NCBI RefSeq assembly: GCF_018350175.1
Contig: NC_058368.1
Coordinates: 234,920,001 to 234,984,000 of the forward strand
Length of the DNA: 64,000 nucleotides
Source: Felis catus
Taxonomy: Eukaryota
Direction: 5' to 3'
Shown: positions 11,961-22,290 of the stretch, piece by piece
Numbering within the stretch: the first letter of the stretch is position 1
Layout: each line of letters opens with the position of its first letter
The notes under the pieces: generated by a model
The model's input: only the letters and a program-made list of their open reading frames with translations
Databases searched by the model: none
Told to the model about the DNA's origin: nothing
Translations under genes and position numbers: made by a program

Positions 11961-12929
11961 GCTTTCTATTTCGGTGAAGTTTGCCAGGTGAGACTTTTTC
12001 TGACAGACCTCATCATTTATTCCAGGAACAGCTCCCAGTCATCCTTTGCCTCTGTGCTGCCCCCGTTGTGTATTGTCTGTCTGCTTAGCCATCGCACTTT
12101 AAATTCTTACAAACAACCGTCTGTTCTTCTGTCCTCTTGTCAGCTTTCCCGGGTGCGTGGTCCTGTTTCCGGGCTCAGGTCAGCGCGGAGACGTCCTCCG
12201 CTCCCCCTCACAACCTGGTGCACCCTTTCCTGATGAAAGACGGCCTACAGAAAGTGCTGGGACAATAGAGGAAGCCAAAATACTGCCAATCGTCCATTCT
12301 TTCCAAGGAGGATATTTTAAAATTGCTTCCGTCCAAACCGAACGCATTAAATTGTTCTGTGACATGGTTGAAATTGATTTGTCCTTATTAAATACACTTT
12401 GCATCCATGCTTAAGTTTATATGGAATAAGCCAATACATTCATTTAAAATATTAATTTTTCCCTTTCTCTATTGTCCCAGGACAATTTTTATTTAAGGCC
12501 TTCACATTGAAACACTGTCCCCAGCGTCACAGGAAATATGGCTTGCGTCATCAGAAACAGATTTCCAGAACACATTGTATCAGTTCTATTTAAAGACTCT
12601 GCGAGCCTGCCTTTCAGAATTCGTTTATGGATGTTGACATGCCTCTGTTTTACAAATAAGGAGATGAACTGCTTCAGAGAGGCATGGCTTGCCTGAGACA
12701 CAGCTCCCACATGCACACTTGCTTCCCAATCCTGGCCCCTGAGTTCTGCAGCCACGTTCACGGTCACCCTGGTACCGTTTCTTTGCTTCCTGGTCTTCGG
12801 TGGAAACACACTTCAACCGTGTCTTTTTTGATGCATTTGAAAACCCTTCCCAAATGTCCCATGAAAAATTGTACCCAAACTAAGTGGAATCCACCTTTTA
12901 ATCTGCTAAAAACTGACATTATCATAGGT

Positions 12930-13240
12930 TAGCCTTCCCACCTAGAAAGTGGGATGCGATCTCTGTATTCAAGGCTTTTATATTTTCCAGTAAACTTTGG
13001 CCACTTGCTGTATAAAGGTCATGCCTCCTTTCTTAAATTTGTTTCTAAATATTTTATGTTTTCGTTTCTATTGTAAATAGAAATTCCTTATAAATGATGC
13101 ATTCCAGGTTACTGATGGTATGGAAGAATGTAATTGATTCTGGGTATATTTATTTTATCTCTTGCTAATTCATAAAATTTTTATTAGGTCTAAAGTTTCC
13201 TAACAGAAATATTTAAACTGTCCAAGGATAGGATTGTATT
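12930..13240 (-). mobile_element. Ancient L1 ORF2 fragment
   Basis: T-rich; tataaaggtcatgc...ttaaatttgtttctaaatattttatgttttcgtttctattgtaaatag. Confidence 0.55.
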
Positions 13241-13639
13241 TATCACGACAGGGTTTTTTTTTTTTTTTTTTTTTTTTTACTTCAGGTTTTAATCTTACTT
13301 TTGTGTCTCGCAGCCACAGGAGCATAAATAAAACAGAAAAATAGACTGAGATCTACTGCAGTCCATTCCAGGGACTGTAACATGTCAAGGGATCGAGGGA
13401 TAACGCAGGGATCTCACAACAGGGACTGGAATTCAGGCCTCCGGGGCATCAGAATCTGAACCCCAGTGTGGTAGGGAGGAGAATGTCCCCTAACCATATA
13501 CAGGTCCTAATACCTGGAATCTGTGAAGGTTACCTTACACAGAAAAAGCTTCTTTGTAGATATGCTTCAGTTAGGGATCTTGAGATGAGGAGATTTTCCT
13601 GCATTTTCCTGATGGGCTCTAAATGTAATCAGAAGGATT

Positions 13640-14368
13640 GTGTCACTTTGGCATATTGATTATTATATATATATATTTTTTTTTTTTGAGAGAGAGAGAG
13701 AGAGAGAGCAAGTGCAAGCAGGGGAGGGGCAGAAGGAGAGGGAGAGGGAGAGAGAATCTCAAGCAGGCTCCTTTGCCCAGCACAGAGCCTGACACCAGGC
13801 TCAATCTCACTACCATGAGATCACGACCTGAGCCAAAATCAAGAGTCAGACACTTAACTGACTGAGCCACCCGGGTGCCCTGGGATATCGATTATTTTAA
13901 ATAAAAGTTACTTAAGAAACAGCAGGTGCAAAGACATGCAGACCCTCCTCTGTGCCCCAGAAAGCAGGAAGTAAATCTCCTGTGTGGATGATACCCTCCC
14001 TGTGCTGAGACGTAAAAACACATCTTTATCACCAGAGATAAAACCTTCTAAGCAGAGAAAGCCATAGAAACAAATCCTGTTACCTTTTTTTCTCATCTGC
14101 TACCTCTGCTCAAATTCTGCCTAGAATTCCTCGCTAAAGATCCCAAACATCTGTTTTCTTTATCCTGTTAATTGCTCACAAAGTTATTGTCTCTTTGTCC
14201 CAGAAGTAGAAAAACTGCCTGCCTGGCCATTTCTTTCCTTATTGGACCTCTGTGTGCACGTAATAAAACTTTGAGAGTTTTCTCCTGTTAACCTATCTCA
14301 TGCAAATGTAATTCTTCATCCAGCGGGAAGACCTTGAAGGGTAAAGGAAGAATTTTTCCCTCCCTGCA
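13640..14368 (+). mobile_element. MER34-family (ERV1) solo LTR
   Basis: cactttggcatattgattatt near the start; aataaa at ~14262; end ttctcctgttaacctatc...gaagggtaaaggaagaatttttccctccctgca. Confidence 0.75.
13665..13880 (-). mobile_element. Can-SINE nested in MER34-like LTR
   Basis: Diverged TSD tggcatattgattatt (13649-13664) / tgggatatcgattatt (13881-13896). Confidence 0.93.
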
Positions 14369-15722
14369 GATGTCGAAGAGGGTGGAAGGAGAGTTAACTG
14401 AGGACAGACGAGAGGAAGTCTAGGTAGCAGAAGGAAAGAGAGTGAACTGCGTTGCTGGCCCCGAGGACAAAGATGGAGGGGGCGGGGAGCCAGGCCATGC
14501 ACGGAAAGTGCCTCCAGAGGTGGGAAGAGTCAGGGAAGTAGATTGTCACCTAGAGAGTTGTGAAGGCACACACCAGCGTGATGCCTGGGGTCACCCCCTG
14601 AAACCCATTTTGGATTTGTGACTTCTGGAACTCCCAAAGCACAAATCTGTTCCCGGTCTTGAGTAACCTGTCACAGCTGCCACAGAGACGGACACGCAGA
14701 GAACTCAAGTCCCTGAACCTTTTCCTCAGGGCCTCCCTCCGGCCGCTCTGCTGCCCTCTGATCCTGCCGTCCATCCACACGTCCCACCCCTGGCCCCCAA
14801 CCGGATTCGCCTGGCCCGAATTCTTCACTTACCTCCTGCCACCTCTTCAGCTTCTGGCCTTATTGTTAATTCAGCCACACGCACACACGCACACACACAC
14901 ACGGTAAGAATTTGTTCCCACTCCATCTTAAGGCTGGCCTTAGGCCTCAGTAGTAGGTTGACTGACAGCTTGCTGTCTTTGGGTTGGGTCTGAAGCCAAC
15001 ACCAGTCACTATGGCTCCTCCGCAACCAGGACTTCGCACGCAACTAGTTTCTCATTTTGGAAGGAACTATGAGAGGGAAATCGACTTCTTGCCTACACTG
15101 CTCGCTTTTTATGGTTTATGTGCTAAGGAATTGTCCCAAACTTCCCCCAAACACTAAATAATGAGACCCAGAGAGGGAAGTTACAAACACCTGACTTAAA
15201 CTGGTGTAAGTAACACCGGGAATTTCCTCCCTGGTAAGGTAAATTCAGGGAGACGCCCAAAGAGCAGAGGACAGGGGTGAGCTGTGTCTCAGGAGGAGGT
15301 CTGAGCTCTCCGGGAGGCCCCCCCTGCTTCTCCCTGATGTCACATCCGTGTTAACGTGGTTCTTCACCTGGCCAGGCAACTTCGTCTCTGAAAGCCGCCC
15401 CCCCCCCTTAATTTACACCTGCCACATTCAGCCACAGGAGAGGGACACACCTCATGTCCAGTATCAGCTCCCAGATTTAAAAGAAGGACACGGACAAGGA
15501 GAGGGAGAGAGAGAGGGGAAGGGAAAAACAATGGCCCAAACGCTGAGGTCAAGGAGGAACACGGGCAGCTGTGAGAATGCCTGTGTGGGTGAGTGGGCAT
15601 GCATGTGTGGGGGCGCAAGTATCTAGAAGTTTCTAGTTACCAGAGACAGGCGCTGGCAGTTGTATCCCAGACATGCTCTTGGTTCAGTATCCTTGTTTCA
15701 TCACTGTTTTTAAGACTCCTCT

Positions 15723-15937
15723 GGGTTGCCTGGGTGCTCAGTCAGTTAAGCATCTGACTCTTGATTTCAGTTCCAGTCATGATCCCAGGGTCATGGAATA
15801 GAACCCCTAGTCGGGCTCCACACTGAGCGTGAAGCCTGCTTAAGATTCTCTCTCTCTCTTCCTCTGCCCCTCTCCCTTGCTTGTGCTTTCTCTCTCTCTA
15901 AGAAAAAAATTTAAAAAAACTAAAAAAAAAAAAAAAG
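15723..15937 (+). mobile_element. Can-SINE (older)
   Basis: SINE head, CT region, A tail; TSD aagactcct. Confidence 0.9.
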
Positions 15938-15959
15938 ACTCCTTCTAGTATATGTCGGT

Positions 15960-16165
15960 AGTAATTATAATAGCAATAATGGCCATCATATTAGCAAACA
16001 CTTACATAAAGCTTTCTCTAATAGTATTGCTACCTACATGATGAAAGGATTGGGGCACAGAGAGGTTGAATGATCATCCCAACATCAACATGTTTGCACT
16101 TGGTGAAGCCGGGATTTGAAGCCAGGCAGTCTGGTTCCTGAGTTTGTGCTCTCAGCTACTACACC
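15960..16165 (-). mobile_element. MIR
   Basis: ggcacagagaggttgaatgatcatcccaa...gccgggatttgaagccaggcagtctgg. Confidence 0.8.
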
Positions 16166-16214
16166 AAGAGACACCCTCTATTAGGCCAGACACAGATTCC
16201 TCTCTTCCTATTCT

Positions 16215-16436
16215 TTTAAAAAATTTTTTTTTCAACGTTTATTTATTTTTGGGACAGAGAGAGACAGAGCATGAACGGGCGAGGGGCAGAGAGAGAGGGA
16301 GACACAGAATCGGAAACAGGCTCCAGGCTCTGAGCCATCAGCCCAGAGCCCGACGCGGGGCTCGAACTCACAGACTGCGAGATCCTGACCTGGCTGAAGT
16401 CGGACGCTTAACCGACTGCGCCACCCAGGCGCCCCC
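16215..16436 (-). mobile_element. Young SINEC_Fc-type SINE
   Basis: Near-consensus body; perfect 17-bp TSD tcctctcttcctattct (16198-16214 / 16437-16453). Confidence 0.97.
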
Positions 16437-16520
16437 TCCTCTCTTCCTATTCTAAGCAACGAAATTTTAAAAACATATTAAAAGATTTCCAATGGCTTTT
16501 ACGGGATCTTATCTTGGGGG

Positions 16521-16750
16521 TGTGTATGAGGGTTCTCCTGAGAAAAAGAACCAATAAGATATACAGATATAGATACATTATATACACAATGGATTAGTTG
16601 ATATATAATATATATTTTATATGCAATATTATTATATATATAATATATATATCATACATAACTATATACTATATATTACTATGTGTATACCTATACATAT
16701 AAGATCAAAACAATTAATTTATGTAACCGTAGAGGATAAGGTCCGTGAAT
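16521..16750 (-). mobile_element. MLT2 3' fragment with TA-rich low-complexity expansion
   Basis: agggttctcctgagaaaaagaaccaataagatata matches the antisense MLT2 terminus. Confidence 0.65.
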
Positions 16751-16974
16751 GCTTACCTCCTAAGGTTTAGTTTGATCCAGGGAAATAATAGCTGAAGGAG
16801 TTGGAGACAGATGTTGACCTGGTGTCTTCATGAAGCACCTCCAGATGTTTCTCCTAATGGAGAAGAGGTAGGCTGTGGTGCTTTCTGAGAGCTCAGAGCC
16901 TCTGGCACATTGATAGGTCAAGAAAAAAGTGAGGAAAGTAGAGCAGGGTAGCAACGTAGCAATACTAAAAGAAA

Positions 16975-17755
16975 GCAACAGCTTGGTGGAAAAGCTTCTC
17001 TAAGTCTTAAAATAACATAGTAGAATTTCCAAATGATCGATCCATCAGACCTCTGGATGTGCGCAGGGTCCCAAAGAAATATTTGTGCATAACAGCACTA
17101 TTCACGAAAGCTGAAAGGTAGAAGCAATCCAAATGTCCATCAGACAGAAGAACGGATAAACAAAACGTGCTCTCCACATACAACGGAATCTTCCTCAGCC
17201 ATAAAAACAGCGGAAATTCGGACACAGCCAACAACCTGAATGAGTCTGGGAACATCACGATAAGTGACATTGGGAGCGACAAAGCGATGAGTACTATGTG
17301 ATCCCACTTGTACGAGTGACCTGAGTGGTCAGATTCATAAAGACAGAAGGCAGAAAGGTGGCTGTGAGGAACCGGGCATGGAGACTTAGCGTTTAGTGGG
17401 TCCCGACTTTGAATTTGGAAAAATAAAAAAAAAAAAAAAAAAAAAAAAAGCCTGGAGATGGAGAGAGGGGATAGTTGCACAACGATGTGAACATACTTCA
17501 TCTGAATGAAATGTATGCTTTTTTTTATTTTAGAAAGAGAGAGAGAGAGCGAGAGAGAGAGAGAGAGCCCATGCAGGGGAGAGACAGAGGGAGAGAAAGA
17601 GAGAGAATTCCAAGCAGGCTCAGAGCAGAGCCCGACTCAGGGCTCAAACCCATGACCCTGGGATCATGACCTGAGCCGAAATCAAGAGTCGGATGCTCAA
17701 CTGACTGAGCCACCCGGGTGCTCCTGAACTGTATACTTAACTGGTCAAGATGATT
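16975..17755 (+). mobile_element. L1MB-like ORF2 end/3'UTR
   Basis: aacagcactattcacga..gaagcaatccaaatgtccatca..ggataaacaaaa..gagatggagagaggggatagttgcacaacgatgtgaa. Confidence 0.85.
17521..17724 (-). mobile_element. Can-SINE nested in L1
   Basis: Diverged TSD tgaaatgtatgctt / tgaactgtatactt. Confidence 0.92.
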
Positions 17756-18462
17756 TAAAAAAAACACCACTGTGGATTGCAAATTACGTTCCTTATTTAC
17801 AGATGCAGAGACTGAGCGGAGAGTCTAGACGCACGGTCAACAGCAGGCTGGCTGCCCTTCCCCGTGAAACAGGAGGACACAGCTGATGAAGGAGGCCTGT
17901 GGGATGGAGGAGGGTCTCTATTTAACGACACCTGTTCCTCAGGGGAATCTCGTGAGGGAAAGGGAGCTGCCCACGGACCCCACCGAGAACCCGCTCCTTG
18001 TGGGTGTCTCAGTCGTAGACGCTAGGACGCAGATGTTGTGAGAAGCCGGAGGCGGCCGAGGGCTCGCCTGTCCTCACCTCCCCATCGAAGGTCCTGCCTC
18101 GGCTTTCTCAGATTCTTCAGGACTGTAAACGTGAAGTGCTGAGAAGGTGCATGTCCGTGGGCCCTCCCGGCCGGGAGTTCATTTAAGCAGGTCTCAGCCC
18201 GTCTTGCCAAGGTACTGGCCCTTCCGGCCCGTCCCTCCAGCACCCAGAGCACAGACAGCCCTTCCCCTCTCATCCCGGCAAGGAAGGTGCCGGGGAAGGG
18301 TCATCCTGATCTGTCTGTCTGCTCAGAAACACTGCATTTTACCAGAAGTCCCCAAGAACAAGGTTGGGGGGAACCCAGCAGCAAGACACCGACAGCCTGT
18401 GTGCCTTCAGTGAGGGTCCTTCCCACAAGGGATGTCTGCAGAAAGGGGCTTTACCAGAGTTC

Positions 18463-19041
18463 TGTAGACTGAATGCTTGTGCCTTCCCCCAAATTTGTGT
18501 CTTAAATCCCAGCCCCCAAGGTGATGATATCAGGAGGTGGAGCCTTGGGGAGCCTAGGGGAGGGATCCCATGATGGCCCTTGCAAAAAAGAGACCCCAGC
18601 TGGGGCGCCTGGGTGGCTCAGTTGGTTGACCATCTGACTTCGGTTCAGGTCATGATCTCGTGGTTCGTGGGTTTGAGCCCCGTGTCGGGCTCTGTGCTGA
18701 CAGTTCGGAGCCTGAAGCCTGCTTCAGATTCTGTGTCTCCCCCTTTCTCTGCCCCTCCCCCGCTCATGCTCTGTCTCTCTCTCTGTCAAAAATAAACATT
18801 AAAAAATTTAAAAAAAAAGATAGAGAGAGACCCCAGAGAGCTCCCTGCCCCCTCCGGCCATGTGAGGACACAGAGAAGATGGCATCTGTGAAGTAAGACG
18901 AGGGATCTCAGCGGACGCCAAATCTGCTGCACCTTGGTCATGGACTTCCCAGCCTCTAGGACTTTGGGAGGCAGGTTTCTGTCATTCGTAGGCCACCCGG
19001 TCTATGGTATTTTGTTACGGCAGCCTGCGTGGGCTGAGACA
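18463..19041 (+). mobile_element. MLT1A/B-like MaLR solo LTR
   Basis: tgtagactgaatgcttgtg..ccccaaattt..gccatgtgaggacacag..tggacttcccagcctctagg..gtctatggtattttgttacggcagcc..gagaca. Confidence 0.85.
18602..18822 (+). mobile_element. Can-SINE nested in MLT1
   Basis: Full SINE; TSD agagaccccag. Confidence 0.95.
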
Positions 19042-20146
19042 CAAGAGACGTTAGCTGTCCCTTCTTTGTGAAGTCACCCAGGGCTCTCTCAGGGTTCCCC
19101 TGCCCTTCCTGACCTCTCGCTGCCAGATTCAGTTCTGTCAGCCTCCTCTGCATTTCCTCCTCTACCTCCCCAGACACCAGACTCACAGAACCTGCAGGCT
19201 GTGGAGTAGGGCGAAAGCTTCTCTATTTCCCACTCACGAGACACAGTTTTGTCTCGTGACAGCAGCAGCTTCCAAACAGGACGTCACCAGCCAGTCGCTG
19301 ACTCTGGGACCTTGCCCAGTCCTGCGCCTTTTTCTTTTCTAGAACATTCACACAGCAGGGCAGGTAAAGGGAAGAGCGTGACACAAGAAAGAGCGGGACA
19401 TTTTAGCCGTCGCCCTGAAATACCTCAGCCACGGAGGTCGCCCTTCCTCTCAGCAACAGGAACTGAGCTGTGACACTATTTTACACGTTTGCAGCTCTCA
19501 CGTCTAATTTTGACACATATGGAGCTACAATAATCCAAACAAAAGTTTACAAGCTCCGAATAAGTTAGAGATTTTATGCTTCCCTCACCAAGGAAGCCTC
19601 TTTCTGGAATCGTTGAAATGCACCTTGAGCTCTTTCTTCGCGCTCCCGGCCAGGCACAGGAAGGAGGTGTCGGAGCGGCCCGTTGGCGTCCATAGTTGTG
19701 GCCCCATCTCTCTCGGGGCCTTTCCGGGTGGAATGCTATCAAGTGTGTCCCAGCTGATGACAGAGGAATGATGACACCAGCGTCCTGTCAGCAATGAGGC
19801 CGACGGTACAATATTGGCCCGTTCTGTCGCTTGGCGCCTGTAAGCACCCGTGAGGCTTGGTATGAGTAGAATCTGGAAGAACACCGCAGGGGAACGAATC
19901 TGAGGTGTTGATGTGATCCTTGCTGGCGCGAGAAGGGAAGGCCCCCAAACTGGAGGGGGAGATAGGAAGGAAGAGGCCAGAAGGGGCAGGAGAGATGGGG
20001 TGCCCTCTCGATGAAGGCGCCCCTGGTCAGTATAAGCTGCTGACTTTCCAGAAGAGCCTGGATCGCATTTCGGGATGTGCCGTCCATGGCCAGTTTTGCT
20101 ACCATGGGGGAAATCACCTGACTTTGGGCAGGGAGTGAGCAGTGGC

Positions 20147-20173
20147 GGGGGGGGGGGGGGGGGGGGGGTGGGG
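20147..20173 (+). repeat. G22 homopolymer followed by tgggg
   Basis: Direct read. Confidence 0.9.
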
Positions 20174-20572
20174 CTGGTGCCGAGTGGCTCGCACGTGCAG
20201 AAGGAGAACAGGTATTCTCCGTGGGACCAGAGAATTGAAAGAATGGCTTTCGAGTCCCAGGCACAAGTGCAGGAGAAATTCAGGACACCCTTAGGAAAGA
20301 TAAAACTTCATCGCCTAGTGCCGTGAGGGTGGGGTTGGGCCACCATTTCAGACCCCCTTGTAAGACAGAGCTGTGCCTACGTGGCTGGCGGGAAGGACGC
20401 GTGTTGCCTCTTTGCCGTGGGCCGTGTGCTTTCTATTTCAAGGCGATGCTATTTGTCCCATTTTGGAGACGGAGTAAACGTTTTCGGAAGGCCCCAGGTG
20501 CCAGTAAACTGGCACAGATTTAGGGAATGCTGTTGGGATAAAAGGCGGGCACCAAAGAAGCGTGCTCTCCAT

Positions 20573-20800
20573 GGGGCACCTGGGTGGCGCAGTCGGTTAA
20601 GCGTCCGACTTCAGCCAGGTCACGATCTCACGGTCCGTGAATTCGAGCCCCGCGTCGGGCTCTGGGCTGATGGCTCAGAGCCTGGAGCCTGTTTCCGATT
20701 CTGTGTCTCCCTCTCTCTCTGCCCCTCCCCCGTTCATGCTCTGTCTCTCTCTGTCCCAAAAATAAATAAACGTTGAAAAAAAAAATTAAAAAAAAAAAAA
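20573..20800 (+). mobile_element. Young SINEC_Fc-type SINE
   Basis: Near-consensus; TSD aaagaagcgtgctctc. Confidence 0.97.
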
Positions 20801-21574
20801 GAAGCGTGCTCTCTGTCCCAGGTAAATATCAGGGACTGAGCGAAACACGTGGGTCCCCTCCCCACTCGCTCCCTTCTACCGCAGTGTCCTTTGACGGCTC
20901 CACCGCCTATCGGGGCCGCTTCGTTAACCTGCCAGCTTGCTCGCCTGCTCTTAAAGTGATGTATGGGGGAAATTCTGTCTCTGCTGAATGAGACCCCTTT
21001 GCCATTACGAATAATATCACGGTGATTCAGAACATGAAGCCATTAGAACAGTAATAAAAAGAGAGACTGTCATTATTTCAACCACAGAGCAGAAAACGAG
21101 GGGGCTTCCCGTGATCATGGACATTTGCAGCTGCGGGGCTCCCGCGAGGCGGGGAAATGCAGAGCAGTCGGCCCAGCGGGCTGCTGGCGTGGGACAGGCC
21201 ACGGGGGCCACCCAGGTAGGCACTCCGTTGTCCTAAAATTTGGTGCAGGTGTGGTCTTCCCCCGATTGTTCTCCTGGACCTCTCTTGGTTGTTTGGGGAG
21301 GAGGGCACCCTTCATCGCTACCTTTCGACTGCATTTCTGGCCATCGAGCCACCCGTGCTGTGATGCCTCCACGTACCGGTCCAAACCCCGAGTCCGCCAA
21401 AGTATCCCTGTACGTTTACAATGCGCGTAACTAGTAGCTATTATCAAGTTTGCTTAGCAACGCTCTGTTCGCATTTCTATCATCAGGGTGCAATTTGGTA
21501 CAGGAGACAGGTTCTCTTTTGGTGAAAGCCACGGTGGCCTCTGGTAGTTTTGTGACTTAAGAATACTGTTTAAA

Positions 21575-21789
21575 TTTTTTTTTTTTTCAACGTTTATTTA
21601 TTTTGGGACAGAGAGAGACAGAGCATGAACGGGGGAGGGGCAGAGAGAGAGGGAGACACAGAATCGGAAACAGGCTCCAGGCTCTGAGCCATCAGCCCAG
21701 AGCCCGACGCGGGGCTCGAACTCCCGGACCGCGAGATCGTGACCTGGCTGAAGTCGGACGCTTAACCGACTGCGCCACCCAGGCGCCCC
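21575..21789 (-). mobile_element. Young SINEC_Fc-type SINE
   Basis: Near-consensus; TSD aagaatactgtttaaa. Confidence 0.97.
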
Positions 21790-21821
21790 AAGAATACTGT
21801 TTAAAATCCAGCCTTATGACT

Positions 21822-22044
21822 GGGGCGCCTGGGTGGCTCAGTCGGTTATGCGTCCGACTTTGGCTCAGGTCATGATCTCACGGTTTGTGGGTTTGAGCCC
21901 CTCGTCGGGTTCTTTGCTCACAGCTCCGAGCCTGGAGCCTGCTTCGGATTCTGGGTCTTCCTCTCTCTCTGTCCTTTCCCCTACTTCACGCTCTGTCTCT
22001 CTCTCTCCCTCTAAAAAATAAATGAACATTAAAAAAATTTTTTT
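21822..22044 (+). mobile_element. Can-SINE
   Basis: Full SINE; TSD aaatccagc. Confidence 0.95.
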
Positions 22045-22120
22045 AAATCCAGCATTGCATTAAAATATGCATCTGATAAGACACGAAATTTTTTTTTTTC
22101 ATTTAAACGTTAAAAGAAGA

Positions 22121-22290
22121 GGGGCTTCTGGGGGAATCAGCTGGTTAAGCCCCGACTCTTGATTTCTGCCCAAGTCATGACCCCAGGGTCGTGAGATTGA
22201 TCCCCACGTCAGGCTCCAGTCTGCTTAGGATTCTCTTTCTCCTTCTCCCTGTGCCCCTCCCCCACTCACACTCTCAAACATAAAGATAGT
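22121..22290 (+). mobile_element. Old Can-SINE
   Basis: Diverged head ggggcttctgggggaatcagctggttaagc, CT region. Confidence 0.85.

Larger units (their letters stand above)
13466..14698 (+). mobile_element. MLT1D/E-like MaLR LTR split by a MER34-like LTR (pieces 13466-13637 and 14369-14698)
   Basis: tgtggtagg..gaatgtcccc..cctaatacctggaatctgtgaa..cttgagatgaggagatt; resumes with ttgctggc..gatggagg..tggatttgtgacttctggaactc. Confidence 0.75.

Noticed and set aside
19234..19259. Hairpin TCACGAGACA-cagttt-TGTCTCGTGA
   Set aside because: A 10-bp stem is too short for a pre-miRNA or MITE, has no supporting context, and may be chance.
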